From positions 1 through 53,717 of IMG/VR virus record IMGVR_UViG_3300042997_001874: a stretch of DNA of 53,717 nt; one strand, given 5' to 3'. Below the pieces are notes generated by a model that worked only from the letters and a program-made list of their open reading frames with translations, ran no database searches and was not told the origin of the DNA. The number at the start of each line of letters is the position of its first letter. Within the stretch, counting starts at the first letter, position 1. Position numbers and translations under genes: made by a program. This stretch comes from a virus (taxonomy: Duplodnaviria; Caudoviricetes). Shown piece after piece: positions 35,449-45,500 of this stretch.

Positions 35449-36819
35449 ATGAAGGAAAAGAAAATCGTAATTGTAGGTGCAGGTGTAGCAGGAGTTAATG
35501 CTGCAACCAAACTGGTTGATAGCGGGTATCCTGGTGAACTAATCACAATCATTGATATGGGTAAAGACCCATATAACCGTTTACCCGAAGAGGTAATGAC
35601 TGGATTTTTAGGTGCCGGAGGATGGTCAGATGGTAAACTAACCTACCACACAGCCATTGGTGGTCAGTTATCTAAGTATTGTGGTGAGGAAAAAGCAATG
35701 GAATTGATGGATCAAGTTATCACTAATTTCAAGCGTTTCCACCCTAAACCAGAAGAAGTACAATGCTCAAATCCAGATACAGAACCCGAATTTATTAAAC
35801 CATATTTTGGTTTGCGTTTGTTTCCAGTTTGGCACGTAGGTACAGATTATCTATCTGAAATTGCTAAAAACTGGTATGATTATTTAGTGTCTAAAGGTGT
35901 AGAGTTTAAATGGGAAACCAAGGTAACCAGTATTAACTTCAGACACAACGAGGTTGTAATGCATTCGGTTAAACCCGAATTTGCAACTATGGATAATGAT
36001 GGGGTATTTTATGATGAACTTATCTTTGGTGTAGGTAAATCAGGTATTGATTTTGCTCAACAATTGGCTAACCAATATGAACTACCAGATGAACCTAAAT
36101 CAGTTCAAATTGGAGTACGTTTTGAGGCACCACAAAAACACTTTCAAAAACTAATTGATATTTCATATGATTTTAAGTTGTATAGAAAATTTGACGATAA
36201 AGGTGTTTCACTTCGCTCATTCTGTACAAACAATAATGCTGCGTACGTTGCTGTAGAGGAAACATATGGTGACCACAGCTATAATGGTCACGCTAAAAAA
36301 GATCCAAAATATCTAAACGGGATGACCAATTTTGGCATCTTGATGGAAATCAATGGCATTGAAGATCCATTTACTTGGTCACGTGATGTAGTAAATAAGC
36401 TTCAGTTTAATGGTACTGGTTTATATTATTCACCAACTCGAGTTCCATCTACCACAGCAGAAGGAAACAATGTTACAGCTTTCCAAATCGATAATTTAAG
36501 TGGAGTAGAACATGTAATGGGTGAATATTGGAACTATATTATGGACTTTATCGAGGATATGAAAAAAGTATTCCCTACATTAAAAGACGATTGGGGTATT
36601 TACGTTCCCGAGGTAAAATATCTTTCACCTGAACCACTTGTAAACTACCGCAACTTGTCTCTAACCAAGTTCCCCAATGTACACTTTGTAGGAGATGCAT
36701 TATCAGCTAGAGGTATAACAGTTTCAGGAGCTCAGGCAATATACGTTGCCGAGGACGTTCTTTCTTATTACCTTCGCGATACCGAATATCCGGAATTTAT
36801 TAGCCATTATGTAGCATGA
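35449..36819 (+). CDS. NAD(P)/FAD-dependent oxidoreductase (uncharacterised FAD-dependent dehydrogenase family)
   Basis: IVIVGAGVAG, GFLGAGGWSDGKL, IGVRFE, RSFCTN, NFGIL, PEVKY, FVGD. Confidence 0.82.
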   Translation: MKEKKIVIVGAGVAGVNAATKLVDSGYPGELITIIDMGKDPYNRLPEEVMTGFLGAGGWSDGKLTYHTAIGGQLSKYCGEEKAMELMDQVITNFKRFHPKPEEVQCSNPDTEPEFIKPYFGLRLFPVWHVGTDYLSEIAKNWYDYLVSKGVEFKWETKVTSINFRHNEVVMHSVKPEFATMDNDGVFYDELIFGVGKSGIDFAQQLANQYELPDEPKSVQIGVRFEAPQKHFQKLIDISYDFKLYRKFDDKGVSLRSFCTNNNAAYVAVEETYGDHSYNGHAKKDPKYLNGMTNFGILMEINGIEDPFTWSRDVVNKLQFNGTGLYYSPTRVPSTTAEGNNVTAFQIDNLSGVEHVMGEYWNYIMDFIEDMKKVFPTLKDDWGIYVPEVKYLSPEPLVNYRNLSLTKFPNVHFVGDALSARGITVSGAQAIYVAEDVLSYYLRDTEYPEFISHYVA

Positions 36820-37088
36820 AAAAACAAACAATTTACGAAGAACGCCGAATGAGATCTAAAGGAGCATATCATCACTTCTTTAAAGAAAGTGGCAGCACCT
36901 CTTGGAAATACCACAACTGGGAAGGTCCAGCAATTCAACCTATTGAAGGCGAGCAAACCGAACATAAAAAAGAATACTATCTATATGGCAAACATATGAT
37001 TTTGGAACAATGGGAAGAAGCTCGTAAAAATAGAGAAGGTTTACCTTGGTATAAGAACGCTTCAATGAAAGGAACAACACGATTCTAA
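36816..37088 (+). CDS. Hypothetical protein
   Basis: HNWEGPAI...EYYLYG motif; ATGA overlap. Confidence 0.55.
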   Translation: MKKQTIYEERRMRSKGAYHHFFKESGSTSWKYHNWEGPAIQPIEGEQTEHKKEYYLYGKHMILEQWEEARKNREGLPWYKNASMKGTTRF

Positions 37089-37471
37089 TGGGACATAAGT
37101 ATCAACCAGTACCCCGTAAAGGGGATATTTACAAAAAAGCTTGGGGACACGAACTTTGGATCGCAAACCACGAAGCATATTGTGGTAAACTCCTTGTATT
37201 TGAAAAAGATAAAAAATTCTCAATGCACTACCACTTGATTAAAGAAGAATCGTGGTACGTTTCTGAGGGCGAATTTGAATATAGCTGGATTGATACTGAA
37301 AAAGCCTCCATTCACTCAACTTTGATTCGTAAGGGAGACGTCGTAGATTTAGAGGTCGGACAACCACATCAACTAAAGGCACTTACTGAAGGTGCTACAA
37401 TTTTTGAGGTATCCACCAAACACTACGAGGAAGACAGTTACAGAGTAATACCAGGATCATCACAATTATGA
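37088..37471 (+). CDS. Cupin-domain protein (sugar isomerase/epimerase-like)
   Basis: KAWGHELW, YCGKLL, SMHYHxxKxESW, PHQL, EVST. Confidence 0.75.
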   Translation: MGHKYQPVPRKGDIYKKAWGHELWIANHEAYCGKLLVFEKDKKFSMHYHLIKEESWYVSEGEFEYSWIDTEKASIHSTLIRKGDVVDLEVGQPHQLKALTEGATIFEVSTKHYEEDSYRVIPGSSQL

Positions 37472-37998
37472 AAATAGGATTATGTGGAACAATGAGTGTA
37501 GGTAAAACCACACTTGTAAACGCACTTAAGGAATTACCAGAGTTCAAAAACTATACGTTTAGAACTGAACGTTCAAAATATTTAATGGAGCAAGGTATTC
37601 CCTTAAACACGGATTCTACACTTAAGGGTCAAACAGTATTTTTAGCTGAACGAGCTATGGAGCTTATGCAAGAAAATATCATTACAGACCGTACCATAAT
37701 TGATGTAATGGCTTTTGCTCGTGCTTCTAAGTCAATGGATCCCGTTGAAAAATATGATTTTGAGCAACTAGCTATGTTGTTAATTAAAGACTATGACTAT
37801 ATTTTTTATATAAACCCAGAAGGAGTAGATATAGAAGATAATGGCATACGTGAAACAGATACTGAATATCGTAAGCTAATTGATTTTATAATTGTTAACT
37901 ATCTTAAATCAAGACGTTCTCTTATTAAAAATTATGGTATATTGGAAGGTCCTACTGAAGAGCGTATTAAACAGCTTAAATTTCAATTAGGTTTGTGA
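37468..37998 (+). CDS. NadR/AAA_28-like P-loop nucleoside/nucleotide kinase
   Basis: MKIGLCGTMSVGKTTL, ITDRTIID, YDYIFYI, EDNGIR. Confidence 0.7.
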   Translation: MKIGLCGTMSVGKTTLVNALKELPEFKNYTFRTERSKYLMEQGIPLNTDSTLKGQTVFLAERAMELMQENIITDRTIIDVMAFARASKSMDPVEKYDFEQLAMLLIKDYDYIFYINPEGVDIEDNGIRETDTEYRKLIDFIIVNYLKSRRSLIKNYGILEGPTEERIKQLKFQLGL

Positions 37999-38006
37999 TA
38001 TTTATA
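37999..38006 (+). promoter_or_regulatory. Putative late promoter TATTTATA
   Basis: Recurrent octamer upstream of ATG 38030. Confidence 0.6.
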
Positions 38007-38029
38007 AGAAAACTATAATATATTTGAAG

Positions 38030-38785
38030 ATGAGAATATCTGAATTAAAAAAAGCCATCCGCGAAATGATCGTAAGCGAGTTAAACGAAGAGGAAAGGAT
38101 TGTTAAAAAAGGAACCCCAATGCCAACAGATGTACAAGTCGGTGATACTTTAGCAGTAGTTAAAGCAGACGAGGCACTTAATGAAATGGCTAAAATCGCA
38201 GGCGATCTAAAAGCAGCAATCGAAAAAGTAATCGAAAAAAATAAAGACGCTGAAAAGAAAGACGTTCGTAAGGCTATTAAAACAGACAACGAAGTTCAAG
38301 CTGCACTAGGACCTGATGATGATTTATTCGATAACCAACTTAACAAATTTATCGATCTAGTAAGAGGCGAAAGAGAAGTTGGACAACGCGGACGTAAAGC
38401 AGATCCAAACAAACCAGCTAAAGAGCCTAAAGAACCAGGAAGGCGTGGTCGCCCCAAATCAGCAAATCTTGCTGCCAAGAAAAAAGACGAGAAGGTAAAA
38501 ACATTCTCAATGACTAAAAAATATTATTCTGATAGCGAAGACCAAGACGGACCATCCGATTTGGAACTACGTAAACTAGCTGGTTCAGGTGGTAAACTTG
38601 AAAAAGGTAAAACAGCTCAACTCCGTGCTCAAGAAAAAACTAAATTAGTTAAAGCATTCCTAAAGGATATGAGAGATGCTGGGGTAGTAGATAATGCTAA
38701 CCGTGTCTTAGATAAAGACAAGTACGCTACAGAGTGGTCAAAAGCCAAAATCGAAATCGAAGATAAGGTATCTAAGCTTAAATAA
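38030..38785 (+). CDS. Basic protein with a leader and AT-hook-like motifs (putative DNA-binding head protein)
   Basis: MRISELKKAIRE...ELNE leader; QRGRK and GRRGRPK. ATG 38030 is preferred over TTG 38024. Confidence 0.55.
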   Translation: MRISELKKAIREMIVSELNEEERIVKKGTPMPTDVQVGDTLAVVKADEALNEMAKIAGDLKAAIEKVIEKNKDAEKKDVRKAIKTDNEVQAALGPDDDLFDNQLNKFIDLVRGEREVGQRGRKADPNKPAKEPKEPGRRGRPKSANLAAKKKDEKVKTFSMTKKYYSDSEDQDGPSDLELRKLAGSGGKLEKGKTAQLRAQEKTKLVKAFLKDMRDAGVVDNANRVLDKDKYATEWSKAKIEIEDKVSKLK

Positions 38786-39360
38786 TGAAATATTTTAAAA
38801 ATATTCAATCACTACTTATAGTAGTGTTGATAGTTGTGATTTTTTTAATGAGAAGTTGTTCAGGTAAGGGTACACCTACTGAACCACAGATCATTAGAGA
38901 TACTATTGTTGAATCTATTATGATTGAAAAGCAATACCCTGTATATGTACCTAAAGTAAAGTATATCACCCAAGTAGATATTGATACATTTAGTACCCCA
39001 ATCGATACATCAGCTATCTTATCGGACTATTATGCTATCAAAACCTACGAGGACAAACAAGTATTAGATAGTTTAAACTTAACTATTATCGACACTATAT
39101 CTCAAAATCAAATTAAAAGCAGAAAAATTAGTTATACTTTTACTTACCCTCAAACTACCATTAGAGAAACTATTATTCTAAATAAAAGAGAATTATATTT
39201 TGGAATTGGAGCAACTGGAAACCAAGACCAATTACAATATTTAGGTGGAGAAGTGGTTTTTAGAAATAAAAAAAGACAGGCGTACGGCTTGGGAGTTGGT
39301 GTTGATCAAAATCTAGTTCCAGTAATCTCTGCTCGTATGTACTGGAAACTAGGAAAATGA
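38785..39360 (+). CDS. Membrane-anchored/lipoprotein-like protein (possible spanin-type lysis component)
   Basis: Basic N-terminus, hydrophobic core, then RSC; beta-strand-rich C-terminus. Confidence 0.4.
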   Translation: MKYFKNIQSLLIVVLIVVIFLMRSCSGKGTPTEPQIIRDTIVESIMIEKQYPVYVPKVKYITQVDIDTFSTPIDTSAILSDYYAIKTYEDKQVLDSLNLTIIDTISQNQIKSRKISYTFTYPQTTIRETIILNKRELYFGIGATGNQDQLQYLGGEVVFRNKKRQAYGLGVGVDQNLVPVISARMYWKLGK

Positions 39361-40922
39361 GTGATCAGGATTTAAGAAAAATAATACAACAGGAATACGT
39401 AAAATGCGCCCAAGATCCGGCTCACTTTCTACGCAAATACTGTTATATTCAACACCCCCAACGTGGCCGTGTTGTCTTCAATCTATTTCCATTCCAAGGT
39501 AAGGTACTTAACCTTTGGAAAGAAAACCCATATTCGGTTGTACTTAAATCTCGCCAGTTAGGTATTTCAACTTTAGCGGCCGGATATTCTTTATGGATGA
39601 TGACTTTCCATAAAGACAAAAACATACTTTGTTTAGCTACAAAACAGGAAACAGCTAAAAACATGGTAACCAAGGTAAAATTCATGTATGAAAACCTACC
39701 TTCATGGCTTAAAGTACCATCAGACGAAAATAACAAATTAACATTAAGATTAAATAACGGTTCTCAAATCAAAGCAGTATCGGCAGCAGGTGATGCTGGT
39801 CGATCAGAAGCAGTATCTTTGCTTATAGTGGATGAGGCCGCGTTTATCGAAAACATCGGAGAAATATGGGCATCAGCACAACAAACACTAGCAACGGGTG
39901 GTGGAGCAATAGTACTCTCAACCCCCTATGGAACTGGAAACTGGTTCCACCAGCAATGGGTAAGAGCGGAAGCAGCAGAGAACGACTTCTTACCTATCAA
40001 GTTACCTTGGTACGTACACCCGGAGAGGGACGAGGCGTGGAGGAAACGACAAGATGAACTTCTAGGTGATCCTAGAATGGCAGCACAGGAATGTGACTGT
40101 GATTTTAGTACCTCGGGAGAAACGGTATTCTATCCCGAATGGATCGAATTTATAGCCCAAACTACCGTTAAAGAACCGGTTGAAAGACGCGGGGCAGACA
40201 AGAACCTATGGGTTTGGCAACCTGCTGATTATTCGCGAGATTACATGGTTGTAGCCGACGTGGCTAGGGGTGATGGTAGAGACTTTTCGGCCGCTCACGT
40301 GCTCGATATTGAAACAAACACCCAAGTTGCCGAATACAAGGGACAATTATCGCCAAAAGAATTCGGACATTTTCTAGTAGGACTAGCCGCCGAATACAAT
40401 AATGCTCTATTGGTAGTAGAGAACGCCTCAATAGGTTGGGCAACAATAGAAACTGTTATAGAACGCGGCTATCAAAACTTCTACCAGTCACCCAAGAGTG
40501 ACTTAGTGACAGCTGATTCGTATTTTAACCGATATGAATTTGGTAATAATTTAACCCCTGGTTTTACAATGTCGCTAAAAACCAGACCACTTGTGGTAAA
40601 CAAGTTTAGAGAATATATTGGCGATCGTTCTGTAACAATTCACTCAAAACGTTTACTAGAGGAAATGAAAGTATTCATTTGGAAAAACGGTAGACCAGAG
40701 GCACAAAGCGGATACAACGATGATTTAGTAATGTCGTTTGGTATTGGAATGCTTTTAAGAGACACATCACTTAAATTCCAGCAACACGGTTTAGACATGA
40801 CCCGAGCTGCTTTAAACGGGATGACAAAAACACACGGAGGAGCATATTCAGGCAACGCTGTCCAAAATCCATATACACAAAAAATAGGCAATCAGCAGGA
40901 AGATCTCCGTTGGCTCCTTTGA
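39357..40922 (+). CDS. gp17: Terminase large subunit
   Basis: LFPFQ, LKSRQLGIST (Walker A), LIVDEAAF (Walker B), STPYG, VVADVARG, NDDLVMS. Confidence 0.95.
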   Translation: MSDQDLRKIIQQEYVKCAQDPAHFLRKYCYIQHPQRGRVVFNLFPFQGKVLNLWKENPYSVVLKSRQLGISTLAAGYSLWMMTFHKDKNILCLATKQETAKNMVTKVKFMYENLPSWLKVPSDENNKLTLRLNNGSQIKAVSAAGDAGRSEAVSLLIVDEAAFIENIGEIWASAQQTLATGGGAIVLSTPYGTGNWFHQQWVRAEAAENDFLPIKLPWYVHPERDEAWRKRQDELLGDPRMAAQECDCDFSTSGETVFYPEWIEFIAQTTVKEPVERRGADKNLWVWQPADYSRDYMVVADVARGDGRDFSAAHVLDIETNTQVAEYKGQLSPKEFGHFLVGLAAEYNNALLVVENASIGWATIETVIERGYQNFYQSPKSDLVTADSYFNRYEFGNNLTPGFTMSLKTRPLVVNKFREYIGDRSVTIHSKRLLEEMKVFIWKNGRPEAQSGYNDDLVMSFGIGMLLRDTSLKFQQHGLDMTRAALNGMTKTHGGAYSGNAVQNPYTQKIGNQQEDLRWLL

Positions 40923-40930
40923 TATTTATA
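40923..40930 (+). promoter_or_regulatory. Putative late promoter TATTTATA
   Basis: Recurrent octamer upstream of the portal gene. Confidence 0.6.
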
Positions 40931-40946
40931 ATAATAAAACACACAA

Positions 40947-42836
40947 ATGGCTGATACTAGTTTATTTTCCCGATTAAGAAGACTCTTTTCAACTGATGTA
41001 ATCATCAGAAACGAGGGTGGAAGTCAGCTAAAAGTAGTTGATACGGATCATATCCAAACCAGTGGTGAATTCCAAACAAATTCTCTAGTAGATAGGTTTG
41101 GAAAAATCTACACTAACCCAGCCTCTACATCTCTTTTAGGTTCACAATTCAACATACAATATCAGTATCTAAGAACTTATCTTTATAGTGATTACGATGT
41201 AATGGATACCGATGCTATTGTAGCTTCTGCCCTTGATATTATCTCGGATGAATGTACTTTAAAGAACGATATGGGAGAGGTACTTCAAATTAGAAGTAGC
41301 GACGATGATATTCAAAAAATCCTTTATAATCTATTTTACGATGTACTTAACATTGAGTTTAATCTATGGTCTTGGGTTCGTCAAATGTGTAAATACGGTG
41401 ATTTTTTCTTAAAGCTAGAGATCGCAGAAAAATTTGGTGTATATAACGTAATTCCTTATACAGCATACCATATTCAAAGACGCGAAAACTTTGACATGGA
41501 AAACCCAGCAAAAGTTCAATTCCTTTATTCTCCCGATGGATACTATACGGGTGGTTCAGGTTACTATGCTACTCCAAATACTAAACCATCTGAAAATCAG
41601 ATTGTATTTGATAACTACGAGGTAGCTCACTTCCGCTTATTAACGGATGTAAATTATCTTCCCTATGGTCGTTCATATCTTGAACCAGGACGTCGCTTAT
41701 TTAAGCAATATGTGTTGATGGAGGATGCTATGTTGATCCACCGTATTGCTCGTGCCCCAGAAAAACGTATTTTCTATATCAACGTAGGTAATATTCCACC
41801 ACAAGAGGTTGATGCATTTATGCAAAAAACTATCAACACAATGAAGAAAACTCCATTGATGGATGAAAAAACAGGTGAATATAACTTAAAGTACAACATG
41901 CAGAATCTACTTGAGGATTTCTACATCCCAGTAAGAGGCAATGACACTGCAACTAAAATAGACACTACAAAAGGTCTAGAATACAATGGTATCGAGGACG
42001 TAGCTTACCTAAGAGATAAACTATTTGCTGCCCTTAAGGTACCTAAAGCGTTCATGGGCTATGAAAAAGACTTAACTGGTAAGGCTACGTTAGCGGCTGA
42101 AGATATTCGTTTTGCTCGCACCATTGACCGCATTCAACGAATCCTATTATCTGAGCTATACAAGATTGCTTTAGTACACTTGTACTCACAGGGATATGAT
42201 GGTGAGCAATTAACAAACTTTGAACTTAAGTTAACTACTCCATCAATCATTGCAGAGCAAGAAAAAGTTGCTCTACTAAAAGAAAAAGTAGCCCTAGCTA
42301 AAGAAATGTTGGATACTAAAATCATCCCATCAGATTGGATTTATGATAACGTATTCCAATTCAGTCAGGACCAATACGATGAATACCGAGATTTAATTAT
42401 CCAAGACCAAAAACGCGCATTCCGTAACCAACAAATAGCTGAAGAAGGTAATGACCCGATCGAAACTGGCCGTTCATACGGAACACCACACGATCTAGCT
42501 TCTTTATATGGTAGAGAAAGATACGCTGATAATTCAGTACCAGATGGGTACGATGAAAAAGCTGAATTAGGTCGCCCTAAAGAAAAAGCATCTAATATAG
42601 ACACTCAGGATAACCCATTGGGTAGAGATCGTTTAGGTAAAAAAGATATGAAAAAAGACGACCAAGAAGGTACAGGTAGAACTCAATTTAAAGGTGGTTC
42701 ACCATTAGCGCTAGAAGGTACTAAACTTGAACTATCTAAAAATAGAACATTATTGGAAGGTCTTCACAAAAAACTAGTATTCCAAAGCGATAAAGCTAAA
42801 GAATCGTTATTAGATGAGTCTAATCTGACTGATTAA
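40947..42836 (+). CDS. gp20: Portal protein (T4 gp20-like)
   Basis: PYGRSYLE, LMEDAMLIHRIARAPEKRIFYINVGN, LEDFYIPVRG, LFAALKVP, EDIRFAR. Confidence 0.95.
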   Translation: MADTSLFSRLRRLFSTDVIIRNEGGSQLKVVDTDHIQTSGEFQTNSLVDRFGKIYTNPASTSLLGSQFNIQYQYLRTYLYSDYDVMDTDAIVASALDIISDECTLKNDMGEVLQIRSSDDDIQKILYNLFYDVLNIEFNLWSWVRQMCKYGDFFLKLEIAEKFGVYNVIPYTAYHIQRRENFDMENPAKVQFLYSPDGYYTGGSGYYATPNTKPSENQIVFDNYEVAHFRLLTDVNYLPYGRSYLEPGRRLFKQYVLMEDAMLIHRIARAPEKRIFYINVGNIPPQEVDAFMQKTINTMKKTPLMDEKTGEYNLKYNMQNLLEDFYIPVRGNDTATKIDTTKGLEYNGIEDVAYLRDKLFAALKVPKAFMGYEKDLTGKATLAAEDIRFARTIDRIQRILLSELYKIALVHLYSQGYDGEQLTNFELKLTTPSIIAEQEKVALLKEKVALAKEMLDTKIIPSDWIYDNVFQFSQDQYDEYRDLIIQDQKRAFRNQQIAEEGNDPIETGRSYGTPHDLASLYGRERYADNSVPDGYDEKAELGRPKEKASNIDTQDNPLGRDRLGKKDMKKDDQEGTGRTQFKGGSPLALEGTKLELSKNRTLLEGLHKKLVFQSDKAKESLLDESNLTD

Positions 42837-42847
42837 ATATCTCAATA

Positions 42848-42855
42848 TATTTATA
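42848..42855 (+). promoter_or_regulatory. Putative late promoter TATTTATA
   Basis: Recurrent octamer upstream of ATG 42872. Confidence 0.6.
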
Positions 42856-42871
42856 ATAAATCCTAATAGGA

Positions 42872-43738
42872 ATGAATATCAAACACTCGAAATATAAAAA
42901 TACGGGCATTCTATTTGAATTGCTGGTACGCCAAGTAACAGCTGACACCCTTAACGGTGATCAATCTCCCGCATTAAATATTATTAAGAAATTTTTTGTT
43001 AAAAGCGAATTAGGTAAAGAACTCAAATTATATGAGACTTTAACTAAAAGTAAAAAAATAAACGAATCTCGTTCTAATTTACTTATCCAAACTCTATTAG
43101 AGTCATCTAAAAAGCTTAACAAGAAAACGCTTAAAAGAGAAAAATATAATCTTATTAACGAGATTAAAAAACACTATAATTTAGATGAGTTTTTTAAGAC
43201 AAAACTTCCTAACTATAAAACACAAGCTGCTTTTTATACACTAGTTGAAGCACAAAGCTCAATAGAGATGATCAGTCCTGATCAAATTGTAGCTAATAAG
43301 TATAGTATTTTAGAGCACTTAACACTGGGACCAGTTAACCCAGAAAAAGTAAAAGACGAGGTTTTACAAGAATTCCAAACATACGATAAGGACATAAGAA
43401 TGTTAACCTATAAAATTTTATTAGAGAAATTTAACGGTAAATATTCAGATTTACACGAATCACAAAAAGAGGTACTTAAAGAATTTATCACATCAGTTGA
43501 TTCAACCCCCAAGCTAAGAACATTCTACAATAATAGAATCCAGCAACTTAAAGAAGAGTTAGCTATTATTAGCAATACTATAGCAGATAAAGCTGTTCAA
43601 ATTAAGTTAAACGAGGTGTTACCTCTTATAGTTGAGATAGAAAAAAATCAACCCATCAGAAACGAAAATATAGTTGATTTACTCCAATACTGCGAACTCG
43701 TAGAAGAACTTAAATCAGCTCATGGGTCCTCTATTTAA
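42872..43738 (+). CDS. Hypothetical head-module protein (possible prohead core component)
   Basis: Lies between portal and protease; helical; KHSKYKNTGILFELLVRQ. Confidence 0.55.
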   Translation: MNIKHSKYKNTGILFELLVRQVTADTLNGDQSPALNIIKKFFVKSELGKELKLYETLTKSKKINESRSNLLIQTLLESSKKLNKKTLKREKYNLINEIKKHYNLDEFFKTKLPNYKTQAAFYTLVEAQSSIEMISPDQIVANKYSILEHLTLGPVNPEKVKDEVLQEFQTYDKDIRMLTYKILLEKFNGKYSDLHESQKEVLKEFITSVDSTPKLRTFYNNRIQQLKEELAIISNTIADKAVQIKLNEVLPLIVEIEKNQPIRNENIVDLLQYCELVEELKSAHGSSI

Positions 43739-44297
43739 CAAAATTCGGGAAATAGTTAGAGGTAGAAAGTTTATTCTTACCCCTACACCCGGAGGCGAAG
43801 AAAACGAATCAGACGTAACATATGTTCCTGATTTTGAAATTCTTTTAGCAGACATTAATCGCGCTTTAGAAACTCTTAGAGCAATTGCTACTGATCCCCA
43901 GGTAATAAATGACCCTAAATTTGGAGAAATATATAACCAATTTAGAGTTTTAAGAAATAATCTTAGAACCCACATGCGCACCAAATACCCTTCAGAATAC
44001 CAAAAGATTAAAGGTATGTTTGAAATGAGTGGTACTGGTGGTGGTGCCGGAGCCGGATCATTCTCTCCTGGAACTGGTGGTCAATATGCTACCCCATTTG
44101 CTTTTAAAAAGATGGGAAAACAAGAATTACCTGAAGCCTCCCTAGGTGCATCATTAGGTAAGGGACCCAAAGCAGGTCCTAAAGGAGTAACAAATAACTA
44201 CTATACTAAAAACTTTAAGTATAAACTGGTTAATCCCGTAAAATTAGCGGCCCAATCTAAGGCAGTAGATACTAAATACCTCTGGGGAAAACCTTAA
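43722..44297 (+). CDS. Hypothetical head-module protein
   Basis: ORF track; Gly-rich segment after MFE. Confidence 0.5.
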   Translation: MGPLFNKIREIVRGRKFILTPTPGGEENESDVTYVPDFEILLADINRALETLRAIATDPQVINDPKFGEIYNQFRVLRNNLRTHMRTKYPSEYQKIKGMFEMSGTGGGAGAGSFSPGTGGQYATPFAFKKMGKQELPEASLGASLGKGPKAGPKGVTNNYYTKNFKYKLVNPVKLAAQSKAVDTKYLWGKP

Positions 44298-44305
44298 TAT
44301 TTATA
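44298..44305 (+). promoter_or_regulatory. Putative late promoter TATTTATA
   Basis: Recurrent octamer 3 nt before ATG 44309. Confidence 0.6.
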
Positions 44306-44308
44306 GGT

Positions 44309-44557
44309 ATGTATAAGTATAAACTAAAGACTAGAATCAACGAAGCGGATCCTAAAAGAATAGAGTTCCAAAATCAACGCATTGATGCTTTCAAAGCTAT
44401 TGAATCTAGATTAAACAGTTTATATCCAGCAATTGATAGAGCAAAAGACGAAACAATAGCATTCTATAAAGAAAAACCAGAATCCTTTGCTGTGGTAAAA
44501 CCTACAGATCTAATTATGGATTATTTAAACGACATCGAAAAATTATTAAATCAATAA
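44309..44557 (+). CDS. Small hypothetical protein with a leader ending RINE
   Basis: MYKYKLKTRINE-A. Confidence 0.55.
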   Translation: MYKYKLKTRINEADPKRIEFQNQRIDAFKAIESRLNSLYPAIDRAKDETIAFYKEKPESFAVVKPTDLIMDYLNDIEKLLNQ

Positions 44558-44560
44558 AAT

Positions 44561-44824
44561 ATGGCAAATACTGCTTTTAATACAAACGGAACTATTTCTA
44601 CTACTAGTGTTACTGGCTCATTTGCTGGTTTTACTGTAGTATCAGGTTCAGCAACTTTTACAGGTCTTAAAGATTATTCAAATAATAATGTATCTACAGG
44701 CAGTATAGCTCTATGGACAGCACTCCCAGTAGGTACTACAGTACCACTATATATAACAAGTGCTTCTTTATCATCAGGAGCTGTAGTATTTTACCCAGTT
44801 TCAACTGTAATCCCACAACAATAA
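44561..44824 (+). CDS. Small S/T/G-rich beta protein, possible capsid decoration
   Basis: 87 aa, three [S/T]GS motifs, almost no charged residues. Confidence 0.45.
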   Translation: MANTAFNTNGTISTTSVTGSFAGFTVVSGSATFTGLKDYSNNNVSTGSIALWTALPVGTTVPLYITSASLSSGAVVFYPVSTVIPQQ

Positions 44825-44825
44825 T

Positions 44826-45500
44826 ATGAAAACCCTACAAGAACAATTCAATCTAATCCAGGAAGGAAAAGGACATAAAGATATGTTCTTAAAATCCGCT
44901 CGTAGATTATTCCCAGAATATTTAACAAACTATGCCTCCTATAATGAGGTTACTACCATTTTAAAGCAAAGAGGTGTTTTAAGTGAAATAATTGTAGGTG
45001 GTGGTATTGTTACTCAACGCACTTTTGATCCATTTAAGGCATTTGATGCATACGTAAACGAAGAATACACAGTAGCTGGTGGCGTTGGTAAAACATATGC
45101 TGCCCAACAATTAAACCCAGTTTCTGCTCCTAAATCCCAAGGTGCTCAAACTACTAAATCGGTAGAAAAGAATCTATCTAAAGAGGTAGCAGATCGCCAG
45201 GAAATGGCTGGCTATGATTATAGTAATGAAAAAAATATTGACAACGTATATGGTCAAGAATTTTTAGAGGGATACTACGCGGAGATGAAAGATCCTAAAA
45301 ATGTTGATAAAACAATAGATGAATTAAAAGACATTGTTAGAAAAAATTTAGTTAAAAATTCTTCATACTATGTAGAGAATGCCGCATTTGGTATTAAAGG
45401 GATTGGTTATACAAAATCAGCACCTGGTTTAGGTGAAGGAGAACCCGCTAAAGGCAAATACAAAGCCAGCGGATATGGTGATTTACCTAAGAAAAAATAA
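44826..45500 (+). CDS. Hypothetical head-module protein
   Basis: MKTLQEQFNLIQE leader, reminiscent of the T4 internal-protein targeting sequence MKTYQEFIAE. Confidence 0.55.
   Translation: MKTLQEQFNLIQEGKGHKDMFLKSARRLFPEYLTNYASYNEVTTILKQRGVLSEIIVGGGIVTQRTFDPFKAFDAYVNEEYTVAGGVGKTYAAQQLNPVSAPKSQGAQTTKSVEKNLSKEVADRQEMAGYDYSNEKNIDNVYGQEFLEGYYAEMKDPKNVDKTIDELKDIVRKNLVKNSSYYVENAAFGIKGIGYTKSAPGLGEGEPAKGKYKASGYGDLPKKK

Noticed and set aside
39357-42836. Inteins or introns in terminase or portal
   Set aside because: Normal lengths, contiguous motifs, and no C/S...HN intein ends
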